A stretch of 64,000 nucleotides of DNA from the human T2T-CHM13v2.0 reference genome, Homo sapiens, in NCBI RefSeq assembly GCF_009914755.1, contig NC_060927.1; one strand, 5' to 3'. The translations under genes were made by a program, and so were the position numbers. Shown piece after piece: positions 1 to 16,067 of this stretch (its first letter is position 1; the number at the start of each line of letters is the position of its first letter). The notes beneath the pieces are model-generated. The model saw nothing but the letters and a program-made list of their open reading frames with translations, searched no databases and was not told where the DNA came from.

Positions 1-444
1 ATATATTTTCTTATTCATTAAAGGAAAATGCCATACTTCATTTTGTCTATCTTTTTTGTTACTATAATAAATTTGTCATCAACAGGTGGTTTTCTGTTCT
101 CACCTTACTTTGTCCGATTGCCTACTATAAGGTATAAGCCAGAAATTGGGTCTTAACAAAGAAGGACAGCTTCAGAGCTTTGGCAAAAAGGACTGCACTG
201 CATATGGTAATTATTGATACTGCAAGGAATATGCTCACAGCTGCAGGTTTCACAGAGAAGCTAACCTTGCCACTTTAAGCAGAGAGACCTGTCAGACTGT
301 ACTAGGGGGCATCAGTCAGGACTCTTGCAACCCAGTAGATGACTTAATAAAAGTAGACAGCTGATCCAAGGTCAAACAAAACAAGAATTGGTTATGTAGA
401 CAGAATGAAAGGGATGAGAGAAATATTATTGTTGGCATTAATGA

Positions 445-784
<340 letters not shown>

Positions 785-1349
785 TAATGTTTTATTTTTG
801 AAGGGCATATGAGGAAGCCCTTTTTCTATATTTTGAGAGTATCTTTAACTCTTGATTTATTTAGCTGGCTATAGTTGTGCAAACTGCAATGAAACACTTT
901 TCCAACGGTGCCTTATTTAAATTGTACCCTCAGAATTCATGAAAGACATTCTGTGAAGAATCTTAATCTAGGTACCTAGTCAATGAATCACCATGGGAAT
1001 GTAGTAGGATAATGGCAATAGTAACTCGGATGCAGGTGAATGTTTTTGCAATGGATTATGCTTAGTTATAATAACTGCCCCATTTTCTTCTCACAGATTA
1101 TTGCTTAATTCTCACATTACATTTGTGTAAGAATTAAAGCAATAATCTGAGAAAATTTTCATTTTTTATTTTAATTGACAAATAATTATATTTATGGAGT
1201 ACAATGTGGTGCTTTGATATGTGTATGCATTGTAGAATGATGAAATCAGGCTAATTAGCATATCCATCATCTCATATATTTATCATTTCTTTGTGGTGAG
1301 AATATTGGAAATTCTCTCTTTTAGCTGTTTTGAAATATATATTATTATT

Positions 1350-1821
1350 GTTATTTTATAATTTTTTATTATACTTTAAGTTCTAGGGTACATGTGCACA
1401 ACATGCAGGTTTGTTACATATGCATATATGTGCCATGTTGGTGTGCTGCACCCATTAACTCGTCATTTACATTAGGTATGTCTCCTAATGCTATCCCTCC
1501 CCTCACCCCCACCCCACAACAGGCCCCGGTGTGTGATGTTCCCCTTCCTGTGTCCAAGTGTTCTCATTGTTCAATTCCCACCTATGAGTGAGAACATGTG
1601 GTGTTTGTTTTTTTGTCCTTGAGATAGTTTGCTGAGAATGATGGTTTCCAGCTTCATCCATGTCCCTACAAAGGACATAAACTCATCATTTTTTATGGCT
1701 GCATAGTATTCCATGATGTGTATGTGCCACATTTTCTTAATCTAGTCTATCATTGTTGGACATTTGGGTTGGTTCCAAGTCTTCGCTATTGTGAATAGTG
1801 CCGCAATAAACATACATGTGC
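1350..1821 (-). mobile_element. L1PA (PA3-PA5-like) 3' end, non-inverted half of a 5'-inverted insertion
   Basis: 'tatactttaagttctagggtacatgtgcacaac...' is the antisense L1PA 3' terminus. The 13-bp TSD atatattattatt is at 1337-1349 and 2105-2117. Confidence 0.92.
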
Positions 1822-2104
1822 TCATCATCATTGGCCATCAGGGAAATGCAAGTCCAAACCACAATGAGATATCATCTCACACCAGTTAGAATGGTGATCA
1901 TTAAAAAGTCAGGAAACAACAGGTGCTGGAGAGGATGTGGAGAAATAGGAACACTTTTACACTGTCGGTGGGACTGTAAACTAGTTCAACCATTGTGGAA
2001 GACAGTGTGGCGATTCCTCAGGGATCTAGAACTGGAAATACCATTTGACCCAGCCATCCCATTACTGGGTATATACCCAAAAGATTATAAGTCATGCTGC
2101 TATA
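1817..2104 (+). mobile_element. L1PA ORF2 C-terminal segment, inverted half of the same insertion
   Basis: ORF 1816-2172 reads [25 protein letters not shown]...[10 protein letters not shown] (L1 ORF2 Cys-rich region) and stops matching L1 at the TSD. Confidence 0.92.
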
Positions 2105-3341
2105 ATATATTATTATTAACTATAGTCACCCTACTATGTAATAGATCACCTGAACTTATTCCTGCTATCTAACTAAAACTTTGTACATTTTGCCAACATC
2201 TTCCCTTTCCCCTTTCCCACAACCAGCCTCTGGTGACCACCATTCTACTCTCCACTTCATGAGTTTGACTTTTTTAGATTCCACATATGAGTGAGATGGA
2301 AGCTAACGTAGGAGGACCTATTGAGAAGGATGACGGGATAGAGTGTTCATTTGTGTGGGCCAAGATGGTTTGGCAGGCTGGGAGGTCTGCCAAATACTGG
2401 AAGACAGTATTCATGTCTGTGCCTGGCTTAATTCACTTAGCATAATATTCTTTAGGTTCATCTATGTTGTCACAAATGACAGAATTTCTTAAGGTTAAGT
2501 AGCATTCCATTCTGTATATATACCACATTTTCTTAATCCTTTCATCTATTGATGAATACTTAGGTTGTTTCCATATCTTAGCTATTGTGAATAATGCTGC
2601 AATGAGCATGGGAGTGCAGATATCTCTTCAACATACCTATTTTCTTTCCTTTGGATATAAACCTAGTGGTGGGATTGCTGAATTATATGGTAATTCTATT
2701 TTTAGTTTTTAAAGGAACCTCCAAACTGTTTTCCAAAATGGCTGTACTAATTTACAATACCGCCAACAGTGTACAAATGTTCCCTTTGCCCCACATCCTC
2801 GCCAACAATTATCTTTACTTTTTTTGATAATAAATCTAACAGCTGCAAGGTAATATCTCATTGTGGCTTTCATTTGCATTCTTCTGATAATTAGAGATGT
2901 TGAGCATTTAAACATATATCTGTTGGCCAATTTTATGTGTTCTTTTGAGAGATATCTATTCAGGTATTTTGTTTATTTTAGGGTTTTTTTTTGTTGTTGT
3001 TATTTAGTAGTATGAGTTCCTTGTATATGTTGGATATTAGCCCCTTATCTAATGCATGATTTGCAAATATTTTTTCAGAATTTGTGGGTTGTCTCTTGAC
3101 TATATTGTTTCTTTCACTGAGCAGAAGCTTTTCAGTTTGATGAAATCCTACTTGTCTATTGTTTCTTTTCATTGCCTGTGCTTTGGGGGTTATATTTAAT
3201 AAATCACTGTCCAGACCAATGTAATGGAGTTTTTCCCCTATGTTTTCTTCTAGTAGTTTTACAGTTTTAGGTCTTACATGTAAGTCTTTATTTTGAGTTG
3301 ATTCTTGTATGAGAATGAGATAAGAGTTTATTTTCATTCTT

Positions 3342-3852
3342 TTCAATAGATGCAGAAAAATCATTTGACAAAATTCAACATCCTTTAAAATACTAACTAT
3401 CAACTAATTAAGTATAGAAAGAATGTTCTTCAACACAATTAAGGCCATATATGACAAGCACACAGTTAACACCATACTCAGTAGTGAAAAGTTGAAAGCT
3501 TTTACTCTAATATCAGGAACAAGACAAGATGCCCCATGTATACATATGTAACTAACCTGCACATTGTGCACATGTACCCTAAAACTTAAAGCATAATAAT
3601 AATAAAATAAAATAAATTAAAAATAAATGGTTAAGATGGTAAACACTGACTACAATTTTAGCTCAATTAAAAATAAAAATATTTTTAAAAGAGAAAAAAA
3701 TGAACTAGGGAAATTAAAAAAAAAAAAAAAAAAAGACAAGATGCCCACTCTCACCACTTCTGTTCAACACAGTACTGGAAGTCTCAGCCAGAGCAGTTAG
3801 GCAAGAGAAAGAAGTAGAAAGTATGTAAATAAGAAAAGAAAAAGTGAAATTT
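3342..3852 (+). mobile_element. Old L1 ORF2 RT-domain segment in opposite orientation to its neighbour, interrupted at 3535-3732
   Basis: 'tcaatagatgcagaaaaatcatttgacaaaattcaacatcc' (SIDAEK.FDKIQHP) through 'ggaacaagacaagatgcccactctcaccac' (GTRQ.CPLSP-like). Confidence 0.85.
3535..3732 (+). mobile_element. Extremely 5'-truncated young L1 (L1PA2/3-like) with A-rich tail, 3'-transduced flank and second poly(A)
   Basis: 'catgtatacatatgtaactaacctgcacattgtgcacatgtaccctaaaacttaaag' is a young L1 3' terminus. TSD aagacaagatgccc at 3521-3534 and 3733-3746. Confidence 0.9.
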
Positions 3853-3964
3853 ATAGTAAGAAGAAGAAGGAAATATATCTTCCATAAGTATGCATAACTG
3901 CTGGGCCTATCTCAGTCACTTGTTGCTTTTAGATCACAAAGCGCACAATATACACAACTGTACT

Positions 3965-4370
3965 TGGTAGTCCTTGTTGAAAAAGTGACATTTTGGTAAA
4001 TATCTGAAGGTAGTGAAGTAGCAAGCCTTGCAGACATTTTGGAGAAGAGTACTCCAGGCAGAGGAAACAGCATGAACAAAGACCTCAAGCAGTAATATGC
4101 ATGATGTGGTTGAAGATCAGCCAGAAGGCCAGAAATATGAAAGAGGCATGAGTGAGTAGGAGAGTAAATGGAGATGAGATCAGGAAGTTATAGGGGGACC
4201 TGACCATTTGGCTCCATAGGCCTTGTGGGGTCCTTGGCTTTTGCAAGTGAGATGAAAGCCTTCACAGGGTTTTCAGCAGAGGTGTGACATGACATTAAAA
4301 GGCTCACTCAGGCTATTGTGTAAAGGAGTAAATATGGAAGCAGAGAAGCCATTGTAAAAACCGACGGCAA
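3965..4370 (-). mobile_element. L2 fragment
   Basis: 'gaagagtactccaggcagaggaaacagcatgaacaaagacctc' matches the antisense L2 core motif. Confidence 0.7.
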
Positions 4371-4834
4371 TCTAGGAGTTGTAGGCAATGGGATACAACA
4401 ATAAGTAAAACCAAGGTCAGAACTTCATGTTGCTTACGCTTTAGTTTGGGGAGATGGATAATAAAACAAACCATCAAACTGATATGCAGCGTGTCAGGTG
4501 GTCACAAATTGTATGAAGGTAAGTGGGTAAAGAGTGATGGCAAGATGTCTGCCTTTAGCTGAAATGTAATGTGGCAGTTATCAATATTCCTACTAAAGGC
4601 TACTAAAACCACCAGAACCAAAGATTTTAAAAAATATTTTTGAAGGCTACTGAGTGCAATCAAAATTGGAAGCAAAGAAGGAATCACAGAGAGATATATT
4701 CTGCAGCTGCTTTTTCCTTTGCTCATTGAACGAAGTATCAAACAAGAGGTTCCATTAAAACATAAATTGGATACATTATTCCTTTGGCAGCACCTTCTCA
4801 TAAATTCATCTCCAACCTATTAGAAAGCCAATGT

Positions 4835-5350
4835 CTTTTCGATGCCCTACAGTGCTACAATTGGGCCCCCTTGTTAAATCTCTGATCATTTCCTATTATG
4901 ATTCTCCTTTGCTCATTCTGCTTCAGCCACTCTGAATTTTTTGCTGCTTCTCAAACATGACAAGCACATGTCTGACTTGGGGCCTTTGCACTTGCAGTGC
5001 TCTCCACCTGGAATGCCCTTCTTCTAGCTATTAATAGTATAATGGCTGCTTCCCTGTCCTTCTTTACTTGGTGCTGTCTTTTCAATGACTCTTTCTCCGA
5101 CACACTATTTAAAATTATAATACCACTCCTAGAATACCTTATCCCCCTTCTCTGCTTCATTTTTTTCTCTACAGCATTAATCACCATAGTCTTTACTCTG
5201 TACTTATTTGTTTTGATTATTTTCTATTTAATTTCCCCAGAAGCTAAGCTATATTGGGAATTTCTTTTACATTTTACTCACACTGCCTAAAACTGAGACT
5301 GACCCATTGCAGGCCCTTGAGAAATACTTGAGTAAATGAATGAGTAAATG
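4835..5350 (+). mobile_element. L2a 3' end
   Basis: 'gggcctttgcacttgcagtgctctccacctggaatgcc' motif and terminal 'aaatacttgagtaaatgaatgag'. Confidence 0.8.
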
Positions 5351-7163
5351 ACTTACATAGCTCCAACCAAACTTCGGACTTTGTCCGAACCAAACTTTGG
5401 ACTCTGGTCCAAACTTCGACCAGATAGAATTGAATTTTTTTCATATTGAAGGGAATGACAGAAGATGTGATGAAACTTTTTTTTTAAAAGAAGTATAGTA
5501 CTTTAGGGAATGAGTGGAGAGGAGTCTGGAAAACCCCATCAATATTTTCTTAAAGTTTAAAGTTAAAGGCTGAAAATATGGGTGAGCTATAGAAGTCAGC
5601 AAGGCCTTTGCCAGCCATAGATCAAGCGGTCAGCAGAAAAAGTATGTGGTCAGGCTATTTTTCTAACCTGATTTCCAAATAGCGGCTTGATCTTGCTTCA
5701 ATATTAGGAGAAGCCTCCTACTGTGGAGTGAAATAGTCTAGTCGGAAAAAATGAACAACCTACCAGGAACCATTTGCATAGCTGTAGACAAATTTAAAAA
5801 GTAAGAAAAAATATAAAATGTTATTCAGTCTCACCTAATAGTCCATGAGCCTTTTGCATTTTTTTTGTTGTTCATCCTTTTTCCCCTGTGACCTATTTAT
5901 TTAAAAGTGGACCATCTTCAATCTTCAGATTACAACCCCTTTTTGAACATGATATTTCACCAACATATACTAAGAATTTAACAAACTTTAGTTGAATAAG
6001 TAAATGAAGTTAAATGCACAGTACACAGAATATATGCTTATACCCAATGGCGATATGCAAAATATTTGGCAACAGATATGTCCTAGACATAAGCTATCCA
6101 GAAAGAATGACTCCCGTGAATGACCTGTGTACCCATACCGGTGTATACTGTTTGAAAATCATCAGCACATTTATCTCTGCATTCTCTAACCCATGCCCTC
6201 TTCAACTTAGATTTAAACATCACTGTATGAGACACTGTACCAACCTGTGACAATGTCCTTCGCCCTTTGATTTTCAGCCTTATAAATTTCCTAATGCATT
6301 CATTCACTTAGAGAAAGATAATTGATTCACTTTGTAAGTCTTTCTTGGTTATGGCTACTTAATGTTTTGCTGACCTTTTCAGTGAAGATTTTTCATCACT
6401 AGATATTAATGTTTTAGGTTCAGACAAAATGTACCCAGGTTCTAGGCCAATAAACCAATAATAATTTGTATGCCCACTCAGTTTGAGCTTTTCATTATCT
6501 TGGCAAAAGTAATTTCTCAGAAGAAAATCATTTACTAATAAATTCTTTTTTTATTATTAAAAAGAGCTCTTATAAGTACAAGTGTTTCTTCATTGATAGA
6601 AAATTTCCTCTTCTTCAAAATTAAATTTAAAACTTTAATTAGGATACTCAAGGCAATAAAGTAAAATTCTAATCCCTTTATGTAGCCAATGAAATGGAAC
6701 TGAAAGAGGGAGGCATAGTGGATTTTTAAAAAATGATCTACCCAATCTTTTAGAAAATTTTATTATCTTCCAAAAAAAGTTAGCTGAAATAATATTTATT
6801 CTTCATAGGAGGCAGCATTTTCCAATAAAGTTTTTATTATTCACTCAGTCAATATTAAAATAATACAATCAGCTAAAAGAAATTTTGCATCTGTGAAATT
6901 TGCGTCTGATCTGGTAATGAACATATATCATCCCTTTGTAGACCATGACATATAATTACTTCTGTGCCATTTGATTTAATGTATATCTTTCTTTAGCATT
7001 CATTATGGAAGCAGAAAGAATTCTCTAATTTTATTGAATGAAAATATGGCAGCAATGAGCAAATTATATTTCAACCATATGGTCCTACAATTTCCAGCAT
7101 TTGTTCTGCAATATTCTAACACATACCATCCATATCTACAATCTTCTTCACCACCTATATAAT

Positions 7164-7255
7164 GTTGTTTTACCCCAGTTGTTATGAAAAAAATGTTAAA
7201 GTTGTTTTACCCCACTTGGTATAAAAATGTTAAAGTTATGAAAATGTTAAAGTTT
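7164..7255. repeat. Short imperfect tandem duplication (~37-nt unit plus partial copy)
   Basis: 'gttgttttacccca' occurs twice and 'aaaatgttaaagtt' three times. Confidence 0.7.
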
Positions 7256-7748
7256 CCATTTAGGAATTGTCCTCTCAACCCCCTCAGTTATATATTAAAT
7301 ATCTCGTGCATTGTAAATAATATATTGAACTATTCTACACATCTCTTCTTGTGCCAAGTTGCCAGCTCTCTCCTTTTCAAAGACAAGTAAGATTTAAAAA
7401 AATTAATATGTTGCTATAAAAAGTTACAGTTAACAGGGAAACCATTATCTTGATAATTAGAAATAAGAGCAGTCTTTGAAAAATGACTTGTGATAGACAA
7501 GAAAATACAACTTAAAACACTGGCATGTTTATAAAACAAGAAGGGAAAGCTAATGTCATGAAAGGGAAATGATCATGTCATTTTTCACCTAGCATTCACT
7601 AAATAAATATATGCCAACTCGATAGCTGAAGAAGAAATTTCTGAACTAAAAGTAACACCTGGTTGTGCATATCAACACCTAAACACATCCTGGGTAAATT
7701 TTATATTTAACAACGAAAGGTAAATAGGTAGTATGTGGATATACAGGG

Positions 7749-7800
7749 AGATAGATAGATAGACAGATGATAGATAGTTGATAGACTGACAGATGGGTAG
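7749..7800. repeat. (GATA)n-type degenerate microsatellite
   Basis: agatagatagatagacagatgatagatag... Confidence 0.75.
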
Positions 7801-7919
7801 ATTGTCTGGTTGGTTCTCCTTTCTAAAATTCTATGTAATAATACCCTTTTCCTACTTGACAAAAAAAAGTCTCACCTCATCCTCATCTGGAAAATCAATA
7901 CAGTACATTATTACCCTTG

Positions 7920-8345
7920 TGATATGGTTTGGATCTGTGTCCCTGCCCAAATCTTGTGTCAAATTATGTGGGGCCTAGTTAGAGGTGATTGGATCATGGG
8001 GACAGTTTCTCATGAAGGTTTTAGCACCATCCTCTTGGTGTTATTCTCATGATAGTGAGTTCTCATGAGATCCGGTTGTTTAAAAGTGTGTGGCACCTCC
8101 TCCCCCCTCCCCCGCCCATCTCTCTCTCTCTCGCTCTCTCCTCCTCCAGCCATGTGACATGCTGGCTTCTCCTTCACCTTCCACCATAATTGTAGGTTTC
8201 CAGAGGCCTCCCCAGAAGCTGAACAGGTGCCAGCATCATGCTTCCTTTACAGCCTGCAGAACTGTGAGCCAATTAAACCTCTTTTCTTTATTAATTACCC
8301 AGTCTCAGGTATTTATATATAGCAATGTGAGAATGGACTAGTACA
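7920..8345 (+). mobile_element. MSTA-like MaLR solo LTR
   Basis: Starts tgatatggtttggatctgtgtccc and ends aatggactagtaca. 5-bp TSD ccttg/acttg. Confidence 0.88.
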
Positions 8346-8599
8346 ACTTGATAAAAAATCTGTAGAATAATTCAGAATGATAGTATCAGGATTAAGAAAG
8401 TGAATGACCTAAAAGCCTTAATAGAAAATACTTGTGCAGATCAGGGAGGTAGCATTTGTTGCTTTAAATAAAAAGATTGATAGGCCATGGAGTATTAAAA
8501 AAGTTGTTTGATGCTGGTAAATGTGTGATTTTGGGCTTAAAATACAAAAGTCTAAATAATTGAGTGGTATTACTATAGAAAATACTTCCTTTTCCTACG

Positions 8600-9378
8600 T
8601 ACTTACACCTTAATTTGCATTTCCTAAAATTTTATATAATTGTATTCTTTTTAGTTGGATTTCTTGCACTCACTGTAATGCCATTAAAATTCAACCATGT
8701 TATTGTATCTTTCAATAGGTCATTGCTTTTTATTAATGAATGGTATTCAATGATATGGCTATATCATAGTTTGTTGATTGATTTGTCTGTCAGTATGCAT
8801 TCGGGTTGATTTTGGCTATTGCAAGTAAAGTTGCTATGAACATGTGCATGCAAGTCTTTGTATGAACATATGTTTTCTTTTCTCTTGCATAAACATCTAA
8901 GAGTGGAATGGTAGATCATATAGTAGGTACATGTTTAACATTTTAAAAACTGCCAAACTATTTTCCAAAGTTGATGCTTCCTTTACTTTCTTAACAGAAC
9001 TGTGTGAGAGTTGTAATTCTGCCACATCCTCACCAATACTCTGTATGGTTGGTCATAAGTTTTAGCCATTCTAACAGGATGATGGTGGTTTTAATGAAGT
9101 TTTAATATTTAGTTCCATAATACCTAAGGGTGTTGAGCATTTTTGTATGAATTTATTTGCCATCTCTGTACTTTATTTGGTGAAGTGTTTATTCAAGTAT
9201 TTTTGTCCTTGGATTGTCTATTTATTATTGAATTTTGTGAGCTCTTGATACATTCTGGATATAAGTCCTTCATTAGATATATGGTATGTAGATATTTTCT
9301 CCAAGTCTGTGGCTTTTTTCCCATTCTCATAATAGAATCTTCTGAAGAATAGATATTTTTAAATTTGAAGTTCAATTT
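8600..9378 (-). mobile_element. Old L1 (L1MB/MC-type) fragment
   Basis: Antisense L1M ORF2 end and 3' UTR. ORF 9193-9375 is a degenerate ORF2 peptide. Confidence 0.75.
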
Positions 9379-9596
9379 ATTATTATTATTTTTTATACTT
9401 TAAGTTCTGGGATACATGTGCAGAACGTGCAAGTTTTTTACATAGGTATGCATGTGCCATTGGTGGTTTGCTGCACCCATCAACTGGTCATCTACATTAG
9501 GTATTTTTCCTAATGCTATCCTTCCCCTTGCCCCCCACCCCACAACAGGCCCCAATGTGTGATATTCCCCTCCCTGTACCCATAGGTTCTCATTGT

Positions 9597-13401
<3,805 letters not shown>

Positions 13402-13407
13402 ATGATG

Positions 13408-14472
13408 CTAGCTGGTTATTTTGCCCGTTAGTTGATGCAGTTTTTTCATAGTGTCGATGGTCTTTACATTTTGATATGCTTTTGCAGTGGCTAGTACTGG
13501 TTTTTCCTTTCCATATTTAGTGCTTCCTTCAGGAGCTCTTGTAAGGCAGGCCAGGTGGTGACAAAAATCCCTCAGCATTTGCTTTTCTGTAAAGGATTTT
13601 ATTTCTCCTTCACCTGTGAAGCTTAGTTTGGCTGGATATGAAATTTGGGTTGAAAATTCTTTTTTTAAGAATGTTGAATATTGGCCCCACTCTCTTGTGG
13701 CTTGTAGGGTTTCTGCAGAGAGATCTGCTGTTAGTCTGATGGGCTTCCCTTTGTGGGTAACCTGACCTTTCTCTCTGGCTGCCCTTAACATTTTTTTCTT
13801 CATTTCAACCTTGGTGACGTGTCTTGGGGTTGCTCTTCTCAAGGAGTATCTTTGTGTTGTTCTCTGTATTTCCTGGATTTGAATGTTGGCCTGTCTTGCT
13901 ATGTTGGGGAAGTTCTCCTGGATAATATCCTCAAGTGTGTTTTCCAACTTGGTTCCATTCTCCCCATCACTTTCAGGTACACCAATCAAATGTAAGTTTG
14001 GTCTTTTCACATAATCCTATATTTCTTGGAGGCTTTGTTCATTCCTTTTCATTCCTTTTTTCTCTAATCTTCTTTTCATGCTTTATTTCATTAAGTTGCT
14101 CTTCGATCTCTGATATCCTTTCTTCTGCTTGATCAATTCGGCTATTTATAGTTGTGTATGCTTCACGAGGTTCTCGTGCTGTGTTTTTCAGCTCCACCAG
14201 GTCATTTGTGTTCTTCGTTAAACTGGTTATTCTAGTTAGCAATTTGTCTAATCTTTTTCAAGGTTCTTAGCTTCCTTGTATTGGGTTAGAACACGCTCCT
14301 TTAGCTCAGAGGAGTTTGTTATTACCCACCTTCTGAAGCCTACTTCTGTCAATTCATCAACTCATTCTCCATCCAATTTTGTTCCCTTGCTGGCATGGAA
14401 TTGTGATCCTTTAGAGGAGAAGAGGCATTCTGGTTTTTGGAATTTTGAGGCTTTGCACATGTTTTTCTTCAT
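13408..14472 (-). pseudogene. Disrupted L1 ORF1 (RNA-binding protein)
   Basis: KRPNLHLIGVPESDGENGTKLENTLEDIIQENFPN..., PIRLTADLSAETLQA and the coiled-coil fragment INSRIDQAEERISEIE, in several frames. Confidence 0.9.
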
Positions 14473-14535
14473 CTTCGTGGATTTATCTACCTTTTGTCTT
14501 TGATGTTGGTGACCTTCAGATGGGGTTTTATTTAC

Positions 14536-14685
14536 TATAAGCAGCAAAATTAAAACAGGCCACACCTTCAACACTTGGCTTGGAAATATTTTCTGCTCAA
14601 TACCCAATTTATTGCTTTCCAATTTTGCTAAGTTTTCTGCCATTATTATAACAAAGATTGCCTTTCCTTTTCTTATCCCAGTAAT
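14536..14685 (-). mobile_element. MaLR (MLT1-type) internal fragment
   Basis: 'caggccacaccttcaacacttggcttggaaat' resembles the MaLR internal sequence at ~38275-38310 of this window. Confidence 0.5.
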
Positions 14686-15173
14686 AATTAGCAGTCCAGG
14701 TCAAAGTATTTCTCAGAACAGAAAGACCCTAACATCAGGCCAATATTTAGATGGCTAAAAATGAGCTAGTGGCTACTTAAGTGTTCTAAGGAATAAGGCT
14801 AGAAAGATTGGGACAATGATCTTTTCACATCAAGCTCCATGAGCCCTCTGTCATGAATGGGGGATGGGAGAAGTAGGAAGGAGATATCCATTTCAGCAAT
14901 AACATTTATGTTGTTGTCATCAGTGCATTACAGAGATCTTCATCTTAGAAGAAATCAATGAGAGAGGGCTGGGGAGTAACCCAAGGGCCTTCAAACATCT
15001 TTTGATATTGTAATGAGATGAGTGAATCTCAGTTTGTAACAAATAAAAATCTTTCTGCTGAAAATTTGAACAGTGCTCTTCAGACTTCCTTTTCTGTTAT
15101 GAGACAGCAGAGGGTATTGATTAGTCCCAAACATTTTTCTTCATAAAATTCTTTTCTTTGTATTTTCCCCCTA

Positions 15174-15243
15174 CAGCCTCCTGACCTCATTATCAGCCTC
15201 CCAAATTACTGGGATTACAGGTGTGAGCCACTGGGCATGGCCC
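15174..15243 (-). mobile_element. Alu left-arm fragment
   Basis: 'cagcctcccaaattactgggattacaggtgtgagccactgggcatggcc'. Confidence 0.8.
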
Positions 15244-15300
15244 ATTTGTTTTCCTTTACTTGGCTTCTTCTCCCCCACTAGATTATGAACTCCATTCAGA

Positions 15301-16067
<767 letters not shown>

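Larger units (their letters stand above)
1162..3341 (-). mobile_element. Old L1 (L1MA-type) 3' UTR and ORF2 C-terminus, interrupted by an L1PA (1350-2104) and a 107-nt insert (2298-2404)
   Basis: Antisense L1M 3' UTR. Minus-strand ORFs 2709-2930 and 2978-3403 translate to degenerate L1 ORF2 C-terminal peptides (e.g. [26 protein letters not shown]). Confidence 0.85.

Noticed and set aside
2376-2386. Hairpin loop containing CTGGGA, reminiscent of the HIV TAR loop
   Set aside because: Six-nt coincidence with no bulge or other lentiviral similarity.
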